Source of the DNA: an uncultured delta proteobacterium
Lineage (GTDB): Bacteria; Desulfobacterota; Binatia; UBA9968
Direction of reading: 5' to 3'
Assembly (NCBI GenBank): GCA_963737905.1
Contig: CAVTUQ010000007.1
Span: 96,001-160,000 of the forward strand
DNA length: 64,000 nucleotides
Position numbers and translations under genes: made by a program. The notes below the pieces were generated by a model that had not been told where the DNA came from, searched no databases, and saw only the letters and a list, made by a program, of their open reading frames with translations. This document shows positions 47,337 to 57,772 of this stretch, piece by piece. Every line of letters starts with the position of its first letter. Position 1 is the stretch's first letter.

Positions 47337-48641
47337 ATGAAGATTACAGCCATCAAAGGCTTTTCGGATATCCTGCCGGGTGAGGTCGAAATCTGGCAAG
47401 CGGTTGAAGCCAAGGCGCGCCAAGTCTTCAGCGCCTACAACTTCGCAGAGATTCGGATCCCGATATTGGAAAAGACCGAGCTTTTCAGCCGGTCCATCGG
47501 TGAGACCACGGATATTGTAGAGAAGGAGATGTACACCTTCGAGGATCGCGATAGCCGGAGGGTCGACCGAAACCGGACGTCAGTCGTGTCCTGAAAGTAG
47601 CCGGGCTTACGCTGAGGCCGGAGGGAACGGCGGGCGTGGTGCGCGCCTATGTCGAATCCGAGATGTACAAGAGCGAGCCGGTGCGCAAGCTCTACTACAT
47701 GGGACCGATGTTCCGGCGTGAGCGGCCGCAAAAGGGCAGAATGCGCCAGTTTCATCAGATCGGCGCAGAAGCGTTAGGGCGGGGCGATCCGTTCATCGAT
47801 GCTGAAATTTTGCTGCTGCTCAGCGATCTTTTTGACGCGATGGGTTTGACCGAGCCGTCGCTGCAGATCAATTCGTTGGGCGATTGGGAGTGCCGGCCCA
47901 AATATCGGGAAACGCTTTTGGCGTTCTTGAAAGAGCGACAAGACTCATTATGCGACAACTGCCGGCGGCGCATCGACCGCAATCCATTGCGAGCTCTGGA
48001 CTGCAAAGACCCCGGTTGTATCCGCGCAACGCTGGACGCGCCGTCCATACTGGATTCGCTTTGCGCCAACTGCCAGGAGCACTTTCGGACGGTGCAGCGA
48101 TTATTGCGGGAGACCAACGTGAAGTTCATTCTTAACCCGCGCATGGTGCGAGGGCTCGATTACTACTGCCGCACAACGTTCGAATGGACGACCACACAGC
48201 TGGGTTCCCAAAGCGCGGTGGCAGCGGGCGGGCGATACGACGGTTTGGTTCAAGAGCTGGGGGGTCCGGCAATTCCGGGCATAGGGTTTGCCTATGGGCG
48301 TCGAGCGCCTAACCATGCTACTCAGGATCCAGGAAATCGCCGGAGCCAGTGGCCCGTCATGTTACGTTGTGTGGGTCGGGGAAAAGGCGCGGGACTGGGC
48401 CTTTCCCCTGGTTCACCGGCTGCGGCGGAAAGGCTTGTCCGTCGAGATGGAAGCCGAGTCGCGAAGCTTAAAGAGCCAGATGAGACGCGCCGATAAACTC
48501 AAAGCGGCTTCGGTATTGATCGTCGGCGACGACGAGTTGGCAAAAGGCAAAGCGGTGTGGCGCAACATGGCGAGCAAACAGCAGGAAGAAATCAGTATGG
48601 ATAGCATCGAGGCTGATTTGATAGCGAGGAAGGCAAGTTGA
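47337..48641 (+). CDS. hisS: Histidine--tRNA ligase, two frameshifts (near 47550-47600 and 48290), probable consensus errors
   Basis: [60 protein letters not shown]; upstream of aspS. Confidence 0.95.
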
Positions 48642-50449
48642 TGGCGACGGAGAGGATTTTTCCCGATCAGCTGGGGGATTGGAAGCGCAGTTGTTACTGC
48701 GGCGAGCCGCGAACAGACGCGGTGGACAAGGAGTTGACCCTTTTCGGTTGGGTCAGAACCCGGCGGGATCACGGGGGGGTCATTTTCGTCGATCTGCGCG
48801 ATCGGAGCGGCCTCTGCCAAATTGTTTTCAATCCGGAGGTCGACGCGGCGGCCCATGAAAAGGCAAAGCAACTGCGCTCCGAAGACGTGATTGCGGTTCG
48901 GGGTACTTTGTCTAAACGATCGCCGGAAACGATAAACCCCGATCTCGCCACGGGTGAAGTGGAGTTGATGGGAAAGGAGCTGCGCTTGCTCAATGCCGCA
49001 CAGGTGCCGCCGTTCATCATCGAAGATGAAACCGAGGCGAACGAAAACACACGTCTCAAGTACCGCTATCTCGATTTGCGACGGCCCCGGAGTCTTCGGC
49101 CTCTCGTGTTGCGCTATCGTATGACCAAGTTGATCCGCGACTATCTGGATGGTCTAGGATTTATCGACGTAGAGACGCCCGTGCTCACGAAGAGCACCCC
49201 CGAAGGGGCGCGCGACTACCTGGTTCCCAGCCGCATCTACCCGGGCAAATTTTACGCGCTGCCGCAGTCGCCACAGCTGTTCAAGCAGATTTTGATGGTG
49301 GGCGGGATCGACCGCTATTTTCAGATCGTCAAATGCTTCCGGGATGAGGATCTGCGGGCTGACCGACAGCCTGAATTTACTCAGCTCGACATGGAGATGT
49401 CTTTCGTCCAGCCGCAAGATGTGATGGAGGTGGTCGAAGGGATGATCTCTCTATTGTTCAAGGAACTTAAAGGTATCGAGCTTAAACGGCCCTTAGTCAA
49501 GTTGACGTATGAAGAGGCGATGAACCGTTTCGGCTCGGACAAACCGGACATGCGCTTCGGCCTGGAGCTTACGGATTTCACGGCTGCGCTGCGAAATTGC
49601 CAGGCGAGAGTCTTTGCAACGGCGATTCAAAAGGGCGGAGTCGTCAAAGGCATCCGTGTGCCTAACGGCGGAGAGCTATCACGCAAGGATCTGGACGATC
49701 TGACACCGTTTGTGGCGACGTTCGGCGCGAAAGGTATAGCGTGGACAAAGCTCACTGACGAAGGTTGGCAGTCGCCCATCGCGAAGTTTCTCTCCGAGAC
49801 CGAACAGAAAGGGGTTGAAAGGATCGCCGGCGCGACGATCGGCGATGTCATTTTATTTTCGGCGGACAGCGCAAAGATCGTACACGACGCCCTGGGGAAC
49901 TTGCGGCTCTACTTGGGCGAGAAATTGGGTCTCATTCCGGAAAATGAATACGCGCTCGTCTGGGTCGTCGACTTTCCTCTTATGGAATTTGACCCGGAAG
50001 AGAAGCGCTACGTGGCGTCGCATCATCCTTTCACCGCGCCTCACGACGAAGACTTGCCGCTACTGGATACGGAGCCCGTCAAAGTGCGCTCGAAGGCCTA
50101 CGATCTGGCTATCAACGGCATTGAGGCAGGCGGAGGAAGCGTCCGCATCCACCAGGTCGAGCTGCAGAAAAAAATTCTGGGCTTGATGGGTATCGGTCCG
50201 GAAGAGGCGGAAGCCAAGTTCGGGTTTTTTCTCGAGGCTTTGAGTTTCGGTGCGCCGCCCCATGGCGGCATTGCCTTTGGCATAGACCGGCTGGCGATGA
50301 TTCTGAGCGGCGCGCAATCCCTGAGGGATGTCATTGCTTTTCCCAAGAGCCAGCGTGCTGTGTGCATGTTGACGGACGCTCCATCAGCGGTCGATCCCAA
50401 ACAACTGCGTGAGTTGGGAATCAAAACCACCGGGACTATAAATAGATAA
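48641..50449 (+). CDS. aspS: Aspartate--tRNA ligase (RDHGG suggests non-discriminating type)
   Basis: RRDHGGVIFVDLRD, STPEGARDYLVPSR, LPQSPQLFKQ, GAPPHGGIAFGIDR. Confidence 0.97.
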   Translation: MATERIFPDQLGDWKRSCYCGEPRTDAVDKELTLFGWVRTRRDHGGVIFVDLRDRSGLCQIVFNPEVDAAAHEKAKQLRSEDVIAVRGTLSKRSPETINPDLATGEVELMGKELRLLNAAQVPPFIIEDETEANENTRLKYRYLDLRRPRSLRPLVLRYRMTKLIRDYLDGLGFIDVETPVLTKSTPEGARDYLVPSRIYPGKFYALPQSPQLFKQILMVGGIDRYFQIVKCFRDEDLRADRQPEFTQLDMEMSFVQPQDVMEVVEGMISLLFKELKGIELKRPLVKLTYEEAMNRFGSDKPDMRFGLELTDFTAALRNCQARVFATAIQKGGVVKGIRVPNGGELSRKDLDDLTPFVATFGAKGIAWTKLTDEGWQSPIAKFLSETEQKGVERIAGATIGDVILFSADSAKIVHDALGNLRLYLGEKLGLIPENEYALVWVVDFPLMEFDPEEKRYVASHHPFTAPHDEDLPLLDTEPVKVRSKAYDLAINGIEAGGGSVRIHQVELQKKILGLMGIGPEEAEAKFGFFLEALSFGAPPHGGIAFGIDRLAMILSGAQSLRDVIAFPKSQRAVCMLTDAPSAVDPKQLRELGIKTTGTINR

Positions 50450-50529
50450 TAGCGCGCCGGCTATTTTGACGTTTTTTATTTCGCACTTGAGCGGTATCCT
50501 CGCTTCTGTTATTTTGTAACCCATTCCGT

Positions 50530-51186
50530 ATGTTGAGATTTCTCCCCGTCATTTTTCTCTGTGTTAGCGCGTGTAGTACCTTTGCTCCTGCGACTATGCA
50601 AAGCAAGCGGTCGACGGATCTGGAGGCCCGTAAGATCAAAAGGATCGCTGTCCTTTTGCCCAGCGGAATGGGCTTTGAACCAAAATCGCAAGCGACCTAT
50701 ACCGCTCCCACGTCTTCTGAAAAAAACCTCTCGGAGCAAGAGCTTGCGGAGCTGCTGGCCAGGCTGGTCTATTCGGCCATGGCTTCGATGCCCGATTGGC
50801 AGATTGTCTCCGAAAGTGAAGTGAAAGATATAGCGCAAAGCGTTCCGGCCGGCAGCGATACCGAGAGACTACGGAAAATCGGCCAGATGGTTTATGCCGA
50901 TGGGGTGGTGGTCGGGCGAATGCAACGCTACCGTGAAAGAATAGGGAACGAGTGGGGCGCCAAGAGCCCAGCGTCGGTGGCCTTTGTCCTCGAACTCATC
51001 GATGTTCGCCGGGGCGATGTTGTCTGGTCTGCTCGTTTTGATGAAACACAGAAGCCATTGAGCGAGAATATTTTTGCGTTGGGTAATGTTGGCGACCGTG
51101 GCATCAGATGGTTAACCGCTGAACAGCTTGCCCAGGAAGGCGTGAGAAAGGCGGTCGGTGACTTGTATCGAATCTTGGTTTCGTAA
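50530..51186 (+). CDS. Hypothetical lipoprotein
   Basis: Lipobox VSAC; IAVL...ADGVVVG...ASVAF.L.L.D...G..VW pattern of CsgG/GNA1162-like lipoproteins. Confidence 0.75.
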   Translation: MLRFLPVIFLCVSACSTFAPATMQSKRSTDLEARKIKRIAVLLPSGMGFEPKSQATYTAPTSSEKNLSEQELAELLARLVYSAMASMPDWQIVSESEVKDIAQSVPAGSDTERLRKIGQMVYADGVVVGRMQRYRERIGNEWGAKSPASVAFVLELIDVRRGDVVWSARFDETQKPLSENIFALGNVGDRGIRWLTAEQLAQEGVRKAVGDLYRILVS

Positions 51187-51242
51187 CTGCGCTTTTTTCT
51201 ATTCTACGCGGTTGACGTAATTTCCCTTCCGATCAAACCCAG

Positions 51243-51836
51243 TTAGTGGTGGAGAAGCGGGTCGACTTCAAGCGGTGTATTTAGTCGGCTGCCAACCCGC
51301 CGACCCAACTCTTCTAGTCTCCGTAAACTGCCGCGGTCCAATAGAATCGACTCGCCTCCCATCGCGAATAAGCGAAGAGACGGCACGGGAAAAGCTTGTG
51401 CGGATGAGGAACCGGCGACGGCAAAACCACTGTATACCTGGTCAACCCCAAGCCTAAGCTTTTTGATTTCGAGGTACGCAACCGACAGTAAGGTTGTTTG
51501 GTAAAGGCTACGCTTCTTCAAGGTGACTTGTTGTGCTGAGTTGTCGATAACAATCGTCCGCCTCTGGGAGAGAAGATAAAGAGAGATGCCAAAAAGAATC
51601 ACGTTCATTAACGGAAAGTACCACAGCGAACCGGCGGCACCGACGAAGCCGTTAAGATAAATCGCATAGAGGATGGGAACGGATATGAAGAGCAGTAGGA
51701 GCGCGATACCGAGGCAAAGAAACGCGGGGAAGCGGGGCCCCTGCCAGACGAGGCGGAGTTCTTTGTCGGTTTCCTCGTCGATGCGAAAACCGAGTCGATT
51801 GCCGATCGCTTCGAACTGAGTTGGATTACCCTCCAT
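51243..51836 (-). CDS. Hypothetical membrane protein (2 TM)
   Basis: Two hydrophobic helices then a soluble domain. Confidence 0.7.
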   Translation of the reverse strand: MEGNPTQFEAIGNRLGFRIDEETDKELRLVWQGPRFPAFLCLGIALLLLFISVPILYAIYLNGFVGAAGSLWYFPLMNVILFGISLYLLSQRRTIVIDNSAQQVTLKKRSLYQTTLLSVAYLEIKKLRLGVDQVYSGFAVAGSSSAQAFPVPSLRLFAMGGESILLDRGSLRRLEELGRRVGSRLNTPLEVDPLLHH

Positions 51837-51882
51837 CTGTATTTGAAACGGCGACAATCCAGGGGATAGCTTCTGAAAAGGG

Positions 51883-53178
51883 CTATTGTTTTTGTTCTTT
51901 CTGTTCCCGGTAGAAGTCTTTGAATCGGTAGTCTCTCAAGCGTATGAGATTCTGATACGATCCGAACCGGGTTGTGGAATCGTCGACGTTATCGAGAAGA
52001 TCCACGGGATTATCCTCTGACTCGAAGACGCGTATTTTCTGGTAAGTCGTCGAGCGTTCGGCCGGAATACGGCCCATTTCACGGATGAGACTTCGAAATT
52101 GGGAAGGTTTCATGAGTTGTCCATAGCCGGCGCCGGCGGCTGTCGAAATGCTTTCATTGATCAGCGTTCCGCCGAAGTCGTTAGCACCCGCTAGCAGGGC
52201 GATTTGCGAAAGCTTGGGACCTTCTTTTACCCAGGAGACCTGCAGGTTCGGAATCCAGTTATTGAGCATGAGCCGAGATACCGCATATATTTTCATGACT
52301 TCGGCCCCAGTGGCTCCAGAGCGAAGTCCCCGGATGCTTTTGCGGTGGAACATGGGAGCTTCTTCGTACACGAAACTCAGGGGTACGAATTCGGTGATAC
52401 CGCCGGTCTTCTTTTGGATGTCACGCAGGATATCGAGATGAACCGCTTTGTGATGAGACGATTCGATATGGCCATACATAATGGTCGAGGTTGTCGGGAT
52501 GCCGATCTCGTGAGCGGTCTGGATCAAGTCAATCCACTGCGCGGTGCCGATTCGGCCGGGCGAAATGTGGTGGCGTATCTCATCTACCAGAACCTCTGCA
52601 GAAGTGCCCGGGAGACTTCCCACGCCGGCCTCCTTGAGAGCGAATAGATAGTCGCGAATCGAAACGCCGCTCAGGGTGGCGCCATATAAAACTTCTTCCG
52701 GCGAAAAGCCGTGGATGTGCAGCGCCGGCAGCGTCTCCTTCAAGATGCGACAGAGGTTTACGTAATGCCAGCCGTCGATACCGGGAGCAAGACCGGCCTG
52801 CACGCAGACCTCGGTCGCGCCCAGCTCGTGGGCTTCTCGCGCGCGCCGGAGGATTTCCTCGGTGGGCAAAAAGTAGCCTTCTTCGGCCAGGTGCCCTCTG
52901 CTGAAAGCGCAGAAACCACAGGCTTTGACACACACGTTGGTGAAGTTGATATTGCGATTGACGACGTAGGTAACCACATCGCCTACGGTCTTGGCGCGGA
53001 GGTAATCCGCGGCTGCGATCAATGCCGGCAGGTCGGAACCGCCAGCGTCGAAGAGACGGGTCGCCTCCTCAACCGTAATATCCGCGCCGGCCAAAGCACG
53101 ATCCAGGATGTGGGCCACGACGGAGCTGACGGTTGAGAGCGACCGCTCCAGCGCCGTTTGCAAGTGAGGCAGACTCAT
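51883..53178 (-). CDS. cofH: FO synthase subunit CofH (radical SAM)
   Basis: TYVVNRNINFTNVC...C.FCAFS, EVCVQAG, SLPGTSAE, EFVPLSF, QVSWVK.G, DFGGTL.NESIS.AAGA. Confidence 0.85.
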   Translation of the reverse strand: MSLPHLQTALERSLSTVSSVVAHILDRALAGADITVEEATRLFDAGGSDLPALIAAADYLRAKTVGDVVTYVVNRNINFTNVCVKACGFCAFSRGHLAEEGYFLPTEEILRRAREAHELGATEVCVQAGLAPGIDGWHYVNLCRILKETLPALHIHGFSPEEVLYGATLSGVSIRDYLFALKEAGVGSLPGTSAEVLVDEIRHHISPGRIGTAQWIDLIQTAHEIGIPTTSTIMYGHIESSHHKAVHLDILRDIQKKTGGITEFVPLSFVYEEAPMFHRKSIRGLRSGATGAEVMKIYAVSRLMLNNWIPNLQVSWVKEGPKLSQIALLAGANDFGGTLINESISTAAGAGYGQLMKPSQFRSLIREMGRIPAERSTTYQKIRVFESEDNPVDLLDNVDDSTTRFGSYQNLIRLRDYRFKDFYREQKEQKQ

Positions 53179-53233
53179 GCGGGGACTTTAGCCTTTCATT
53201 ACCACAAAGACAATGCGTAGAGCGGCGGCGGAT

Positions 53234-53767
53234 CTAGCGTTGCATCCAATAGCGAGCGAACTCGGTCAGAAAAGTAAGAGTGGAGAAATCGCTCATGCGG
53301 TCGAGATAGACTTTCCCGTTCAAATGGTCCCACTCATGCTGAATGACACGAGCGTGGAAATCGACGGCGATGAATTCCAATTGTTTGCCGTCTCGATCCC
53401 AAGCCCGCACCCGAATGCTCTTGTGGCGGGGGACTCGGCCGCGGATATCGGGAATGCTTAGGCAGCCTTCCCAATCCTCTTCCATTTCTTCCGTCAGGGG
53501 TTGGATCTCGGGGTTGATCAGAACGGTCAACGGAACGTTGGGCTTGTTGGGGTAACGCGGGTTCTCGGCCACTTCGATCACCGCAACTTGCTTCGATTCG
53601 TGCACCTGATCGGCCGCCAGCCCTACGCCATCGTACTCTTTCATGGTTTCAATCATGTCATCGATGAACTTTTGAAAACTCGGTGATCGGATCTCTCGGG
53701 GCGATAGGGGCGCCGCCATCTTGCGCAACACCGGATTCCCGAGGCGTGCAACCTTTAGAATCGCCAT
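53234..53767 (-). CDS. def: Peptide deformylase
   Basis: GVGLAA.Q, EGCLS, QHE.DHL.G. Confidence 0.97.
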   Translation of the reverse strand: MAILKVARLGNPVLRKMAAPLSPREIRSPSFQKFIDDMIETMKEYDGVGLAADQVHESKQVAVIEVAENPRYPNKPNVPLTVLINPEIQPLTEEMEEDWEGCLSIPDIRGRVPRHKSIRVRAWDRDGKQLEFIAVDFHARVIQHEWDHLNGKVYLDRMSDFSTLTFLTEFARYWMQR

Positions 53768-53842
53768 GGGTGTTTCATAGCACAGGGAAAGGAGCCATTG
53801 AAGCATACCTTGCGAGCAGAATCCTTATTATTTTAGCTTATA

Positions 53843-53872
53843 TTGACAAAGAAGACCTAGAGAGTCTATATT
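53843..53872 (+). promoter_or_regulatory. Sigma-70 promoter with overlapping AGAC-N7-GTCT dyad (candidate Rrf2/IscR operator)
   Basis: TTGACA-N18-TATATT with AGAC(53853)...GTCT(53867) in the spacer, upstream of rrf2-suf. Confidence 0.6.
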
Positions 53873-53883
53873 ACTTTTGAGAG

Positions 53884-54372
53884 ATGAAACGGTCGAAAAC
53901 CAGAACAGAGAGAAGTTCATTGATGAACGTCGGACGCCGTGTAGATTACGCTGTCCGAGCTCTTTCGTTTCTTGCTGGCCAACCCGCTGGGAAGATTGTT
54001 AGCCGTGCGGACATTGAAAAAAGTCAAGATATCCCATCTTTTTACCTGTCCAAGATCATGAAGGATCTGGTGGCGGGGGGATTAGTCCAGTCGCACATTG
54101 GTTCTAAAGGCGGGTTTTCGCTGGCCAAGCTCGCGGCGAGTATTAGCATCAAGGACGTCTATGAGACAGTGGAACGGCCGCTTGTGCTCATGGATTGTCT
54201 CGAGAAGGGTGCCGACTATTGCTCTTATTGTTCGGTTTGCACACAGAAGTCGATTTGGGAAGAGGCTCAGAAGGTTCTTGCGGAGTTCCTGGGAAGAATC
54301 TCCATCAACGATATCGCCGACAGGCAGGGATTGAAGGCACGATTAGTCGAAAGTCTGCAGAAGGTGGGTTGA
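53884..54372 (+). CDS. Rrf2 family (IscR-like) transcriptional regulator
   Basis: DYAVRAL, YLSKI...L...GLV.S..G.KGGF.LA, C-terminal Cys cluster; start may be 53923. Confidence 0.93.
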   Translation: MKRSKTRTERSSLMNVGRRVDYAVRALSFLAGQPAGKIVSRADIEKSQDIPSFYLSKIMKDLVAGGLVQSHIGSKGGFSLAKLAASISIKDVYETVERPLVLMDCLEKGADYCSYCSVCTQKSIWEEAQKVLAEFLGRISINDIADRQGLKARLVESLQKVG

Positions 54373-54392
54373 GGCTGATTCGGGAGTAGGCA

Positions 54393-55151
54393 ATGCTGGA
54401 AATAAAAAACTTACGGGCGCAGGTCGGAGAAAAGGAAATTTTACGCGGGATAGATCTACGGATCGGTGCCGGAGAAATTCACGCGATTATGGGGCCCAAC
54501 GGTTCGGGCAAAAGCACATTGGCCCATGTCCTCGCCGGACGGGAGAATTATCAGGTGACGGCTGGAGAAGTCATCTATGGCGGCAAGGATCTTTTGGCCA
54601 TGAGTCCCGAAGAGCGGGCGCGAGACGGGGTTTTCTTGGCGTTTCAGTATCCTGTGGAAATCCCGGGTATCAGCACAACCTACTTCCTCAAGGCTGCGGT
54701 CAATGCAGTGCGAAAGCACCGCGGACTCGAAGAGCTGGATGCCATGGAATTTCTTTCCCTTATCAAAGAAAAAATAAAAGTGGTTGAGATGGACGAGAAT
54801 CTCATCAACCGGCCGCTCAACGAAGGCTTTTCCGGGGGTGAAAAGAAGCGCAACGAAATTTTACAGATGGCGGTATTGGATCCGAAACTGGCCATTCTCG
54901 ACGAGACCGACTCCGGTCTCGATATCGATGCACTACGCATCGTTGCCAACGGCGTTAACGCGCTGCGCCGTCAGGACCGGGCGATGATCGTCATAACTCA
55001 CTATCAGCGATTGCTTAACTACATCGTCCCGGATTTTATCCACGTGCTCCACCAGGGGCGGATTGTCAGGTCGGGGACGAAAGAGCTCGCGCTGGAGCTC
55101 GAAGTCAAAGGCTACGACTGGATCAAGAGCGAAGCGAGCCAGCTCCAATAG
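54393..55151 (+). CDS. sufC: Fe-S assembly ATPase SufC
   Basis: GPNGSGKST, FQYPVEIPG, FSGGEKKRNEILQM, DETDSGLDIDAL. Confidence 0.97.
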   Translation: MLEIKNLRAQVGEKEILRGIDLRIGAGEIHAIMGPNGSGKSTLAHVLAGRENYQVTAGEVIYGGKDLLAMSPEERARDGVFLAFQYPVEIPGISTTYFLKAAVNAVRKHRGLEELDAMEFLSLIKEKIKVVEMDENLINRPLNEGFSGGEKKRNEILQMAVLDPKLAILDETDSGLDIDALRIVANGVNALRRQDRAMIVITHYQRLLNYIVPDFIHVLHQGRIVRSGTKELALELEVKGYDWIKSEASQLQ

Positions 55152-55169
55152 CGACAGGAAAGAGCCATC

Positions 55170-56504
55170 ATGGCACTGAATCGTCAGGAAACCGAACCCT
55201 ATCTCTCTGCCTTTGAGCATTACCAAAAGAACGGTGCCGGCAGGGGGCCTGCGTGGCTGAAAGAACTCCGGCAATCTGCAATCACCAGTTTTGAAAAGTT
55301 GGGATTTCCAACCAACCGCAACGAGGATTGGAAGTATACGAGTGTTGGTTCACTGGTCGCGACCGTCTTCGAGCGAGATGAACACGGCCGCAACGACACA
55401 AAATCCGTAGCGGAGGCCGCCATCCACGTGCTGTCGTTTGCCGACTCGGTCTACAATCGTTTGGTTTTTGTCAACGGCGTCTATTTGCCGGAGCTATCAG
55501 GAGTGCGTGGATTACCCGTAGGTGCCCGGGTGGAAAGCCTGGCCAACGCGCTGCGGCGCGACGACGACATTGTGCATGCTCACTTGTCTCGATATGTTCG
55601 TTACCAGGAGCATTCGTTTGCTGCCCTCAACACGGCTTTCATCGAGGATGGCGCTTTAGTTTTTATTCCCAAAGGCGAAGTGATTGAAGAGCCTATCTAT
55701 TTGGTCTTCGTTTCGACCGGTCCATATCGACCCGTGGTCTCCCACCCGCGAAATTTGATCGTTGCGGAGGAGGGAAGCCAAGGCCGCATTGTCGAGAGTC
55801 ATGTCGGGACCGGTAGCGGCGCTTATTTCGCCAATGCGGTGACGGAAATCTTCGGCGGTGAAGGCGCATCCATCGAACATTACCTTTTGCAGCGGGGGGG
55901 CGACGCGGGTTTTCATATCGGTACGCTCGAGGCGCAATTGAGTCGTCAATGCAACCTTTCCGCGCATTCCATCACGCTGGCAGGCTCATTGGTCCGCAAT
56001 GACGTGCACGTGGTTCTCAACGGTGAAGGCTCCGAGTGTAGCCTTAACGGCCTCTATTTAATGGACGGCAAGCAGCATGTCGATAACCATACGGAAATCG
56101 AGCATTGCATGCCGCGCGCACGGAGCCAGGAACTCTATAAGGGCATTTTGAGCGGGAGTGCACGGGGGGTGTTTAACGGGAAAATTCTCGTTCACAAAGA
56201 CGCACAAAAGAGCGATGCCCGCCAGACGAATAAGAATCTGGTGCTGTCTGAAAATGCGGTCATTAACACCCAACCCCAGTTGGAAATCCATGCGGACGAC
56301 GTCAAGTGCAGCCACGGATCTACGGTTGGACAGTTGGACCGTGACTCGCTGTTCTATTTGCGGTCGCGGGGAATTGGCTCAGCGGAGGCCCAAAGTCTCC
56401 TCTGTTATGCCTTTGCCAGCGAGGTTGTTAGCAGGGTCAAGATCGGGACCATGCGGGCACAGCTCGACAATTATTTACTTAGGAAATTCAGAAGCGATCT
56501 ATAA
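55170..56504 (+). CDS. sufD: Fe-S assembly protein SufD
   Basis: EDWKYT, FNGKI.V...AQK..A.Q, PQLEI.ADDVKCSHG. Confidence 0.95.
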   Translation: MALNRQETEPYLSAFEHYQKNGAGRGPAWLKELRQSAITSFEKLGFPTNRNEDWKYTSVGSLVATVFERDEHGRNDTKSVAEAAIHVLSFADSVYNRLVFVNGVYLPELSGVRGLPVGARVESLANALRRDDDIVHAHLSRYVRYQEHSFAALNTAFIEDGALVFIPKGEVIEEPIYLVFVSTGPYRPVVSHPRNLIVAEEGSQGRIVESHVGTGSGAYFANAVTEIFGGEGASIEHYLLQRGGDAGFHIGTLEAQLSRQCNLSAHSITLAGSLVRNDVHVVLNGEGSECSLNGLYLMDGKQHVDNHTEIEHCMPRARSQELYKGILSGSARGVFNGKILVHKDAQKSDARQTNKNLVLSENAVINTQPQLEIHADDVKCSHGSTVGQLDRDSLFYLRSRGIGSAEAQSLLCYAFASEVVSRVKIGTMRAQLDNYLLRKFRSDL

Positions 56505-56515
56505 GCGAGTCACCC

Positions 56516-57772
56516 ATGAAAGTCGCTCACGAAATTACCATCCCCGGCCCGTTGACATTGGACGTCAGCAAGATCCGGGCCGATTTTCCAATTCTAAAGC
56601 AGAAGGTCCACGGCAAGCCCTTAGTGTACCTCGACAACGGGGCCACGAGTCAAAAGCCACAGTGTGTCATCGACACATTGAATCGCTATTACAGTGAGGA
56701 AAATTCGAATATCCACCGCGGTGTTCATTGCTTGAGCGAGCGGGCAACGGCGGCTTACGAGGCGGCGCGCCAGAAAATGAAGAGCTTCGTCAATGCCCGG
56801 AGCGAACAGGAGATTATTTTCGTTCGTGGTACCACAGAGGCGATTAACCTGGTCGCACAAAGTTATGGGAGAACGTTTCTTAAAAAGGGAGACGAGATCA
56901 TTGTCTCGGCTATGGAACATCACTCCAATATTGTTCCATGGCAGATGCTCTGTGAACAGATCGGCGCGCGACTGCAGGTGATTCCTATCAATCACGACGG
57001 AGAGCTGGTTCTGGATGAGTACCGCCGCCTGCTCGGTGAGAAGACCAAGCTGGTCGCCGTGACCCATGTTTCCAACGCTTTGGGAACCATCGCTCCGGTA
57101 AAAGAGATAGTGCGCTTGGCGCACGAGCGGAAGGTTCCGGTTTTGTTGGACGGCGCGCAGGCGGCTCCGCATCTCAAAGTTGATGTCCAAGCACTCGGCT
57201 GTGACTTCTATGCGTTTTCCGGGCACAAGCTTTTCGGTCCGACGGGGGTCGGAATCCTCTACGGGCGGTCGGAATTGCTTGACGCCATGCCGCCTTATCA
57301 GGGAGGCGGCGACATGATCAGCCTGGTTACCTTTGAGAAGACCCATTACAACGTGCTCCCTTATAAGTTTGAGGCCGGAACGCCGCACATCGCGGGCGGG
57401 ATCGGGCTTGGGGCGGCGATCGATTACTTAGCCGGATTGGATTGGGAGCGGGTCGTGGCTCATGAGCATGACCTGCTCACCTACGCGACGTCTGCCTTGT
57501 CCGACATCGAGGGGCTTAGAATCATCGGTACCGCGAAGGAAAAAGTCGGCGTAATCTCCTTTGTGTTTGATCATATTCATGCCCACGACGTCGGTACGAT
57601 TCTCGATCAAGAAGGAGTGGCGGTTCGTGCAGGGCATCATTGCGCTATGCCGGTCATGCAGCGCTTTGGCGTCCCGGCGACAACCCGGGCGTCCTTTGCT
57701 CTGTACAATACCCGGGAGGAAATCGATGTTCTCGTCAGGGGAATTCATCGGGCGTTGAAGGTGTTTAAATAA
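56516..57772 (+). CDS. sufS: Cysteine desulfurase SufS
   Basis: YLDNGATSQKP, SGHK, FEAGTP, RAGHHCA. Confidence 0.97.
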   Translation: MKVAHEITIPGPLTLDVSKIRADFPILKQKVHGKPLVYLDNGATSQKPQCVIDTLNRYYSEENSNIHRGVHCLSERATAAYEAARQKMKSFVNARSEQEIIFVRGTTEAINLVAQSYGRTFLKKGDEIIVSAMEHHSNIVPWQMLCEQIGARLQVIPINHDGELVLDEYRRLLGEKTKLVAVTHVSNALGTIAPVKEIVRLAHERKVPVLLDGAQAAPHLKVDVQALGCDFYAFSGHKLFGPTGVGILYGRSELLDAMPPYQGGGDMISLVTFEKTHYNVLPYKFEAGTPHIAGGIGLGAAIDYLAGLDWERVVAHEHDLLTYATSALSDIEGLRIIGTAKEKVGVISFVFDHIHAHDVGTILDQEGVAVRAGHHCAMPVMQRFGVPATTRASFALYNTREEIDVLVRGIHRALKVFK

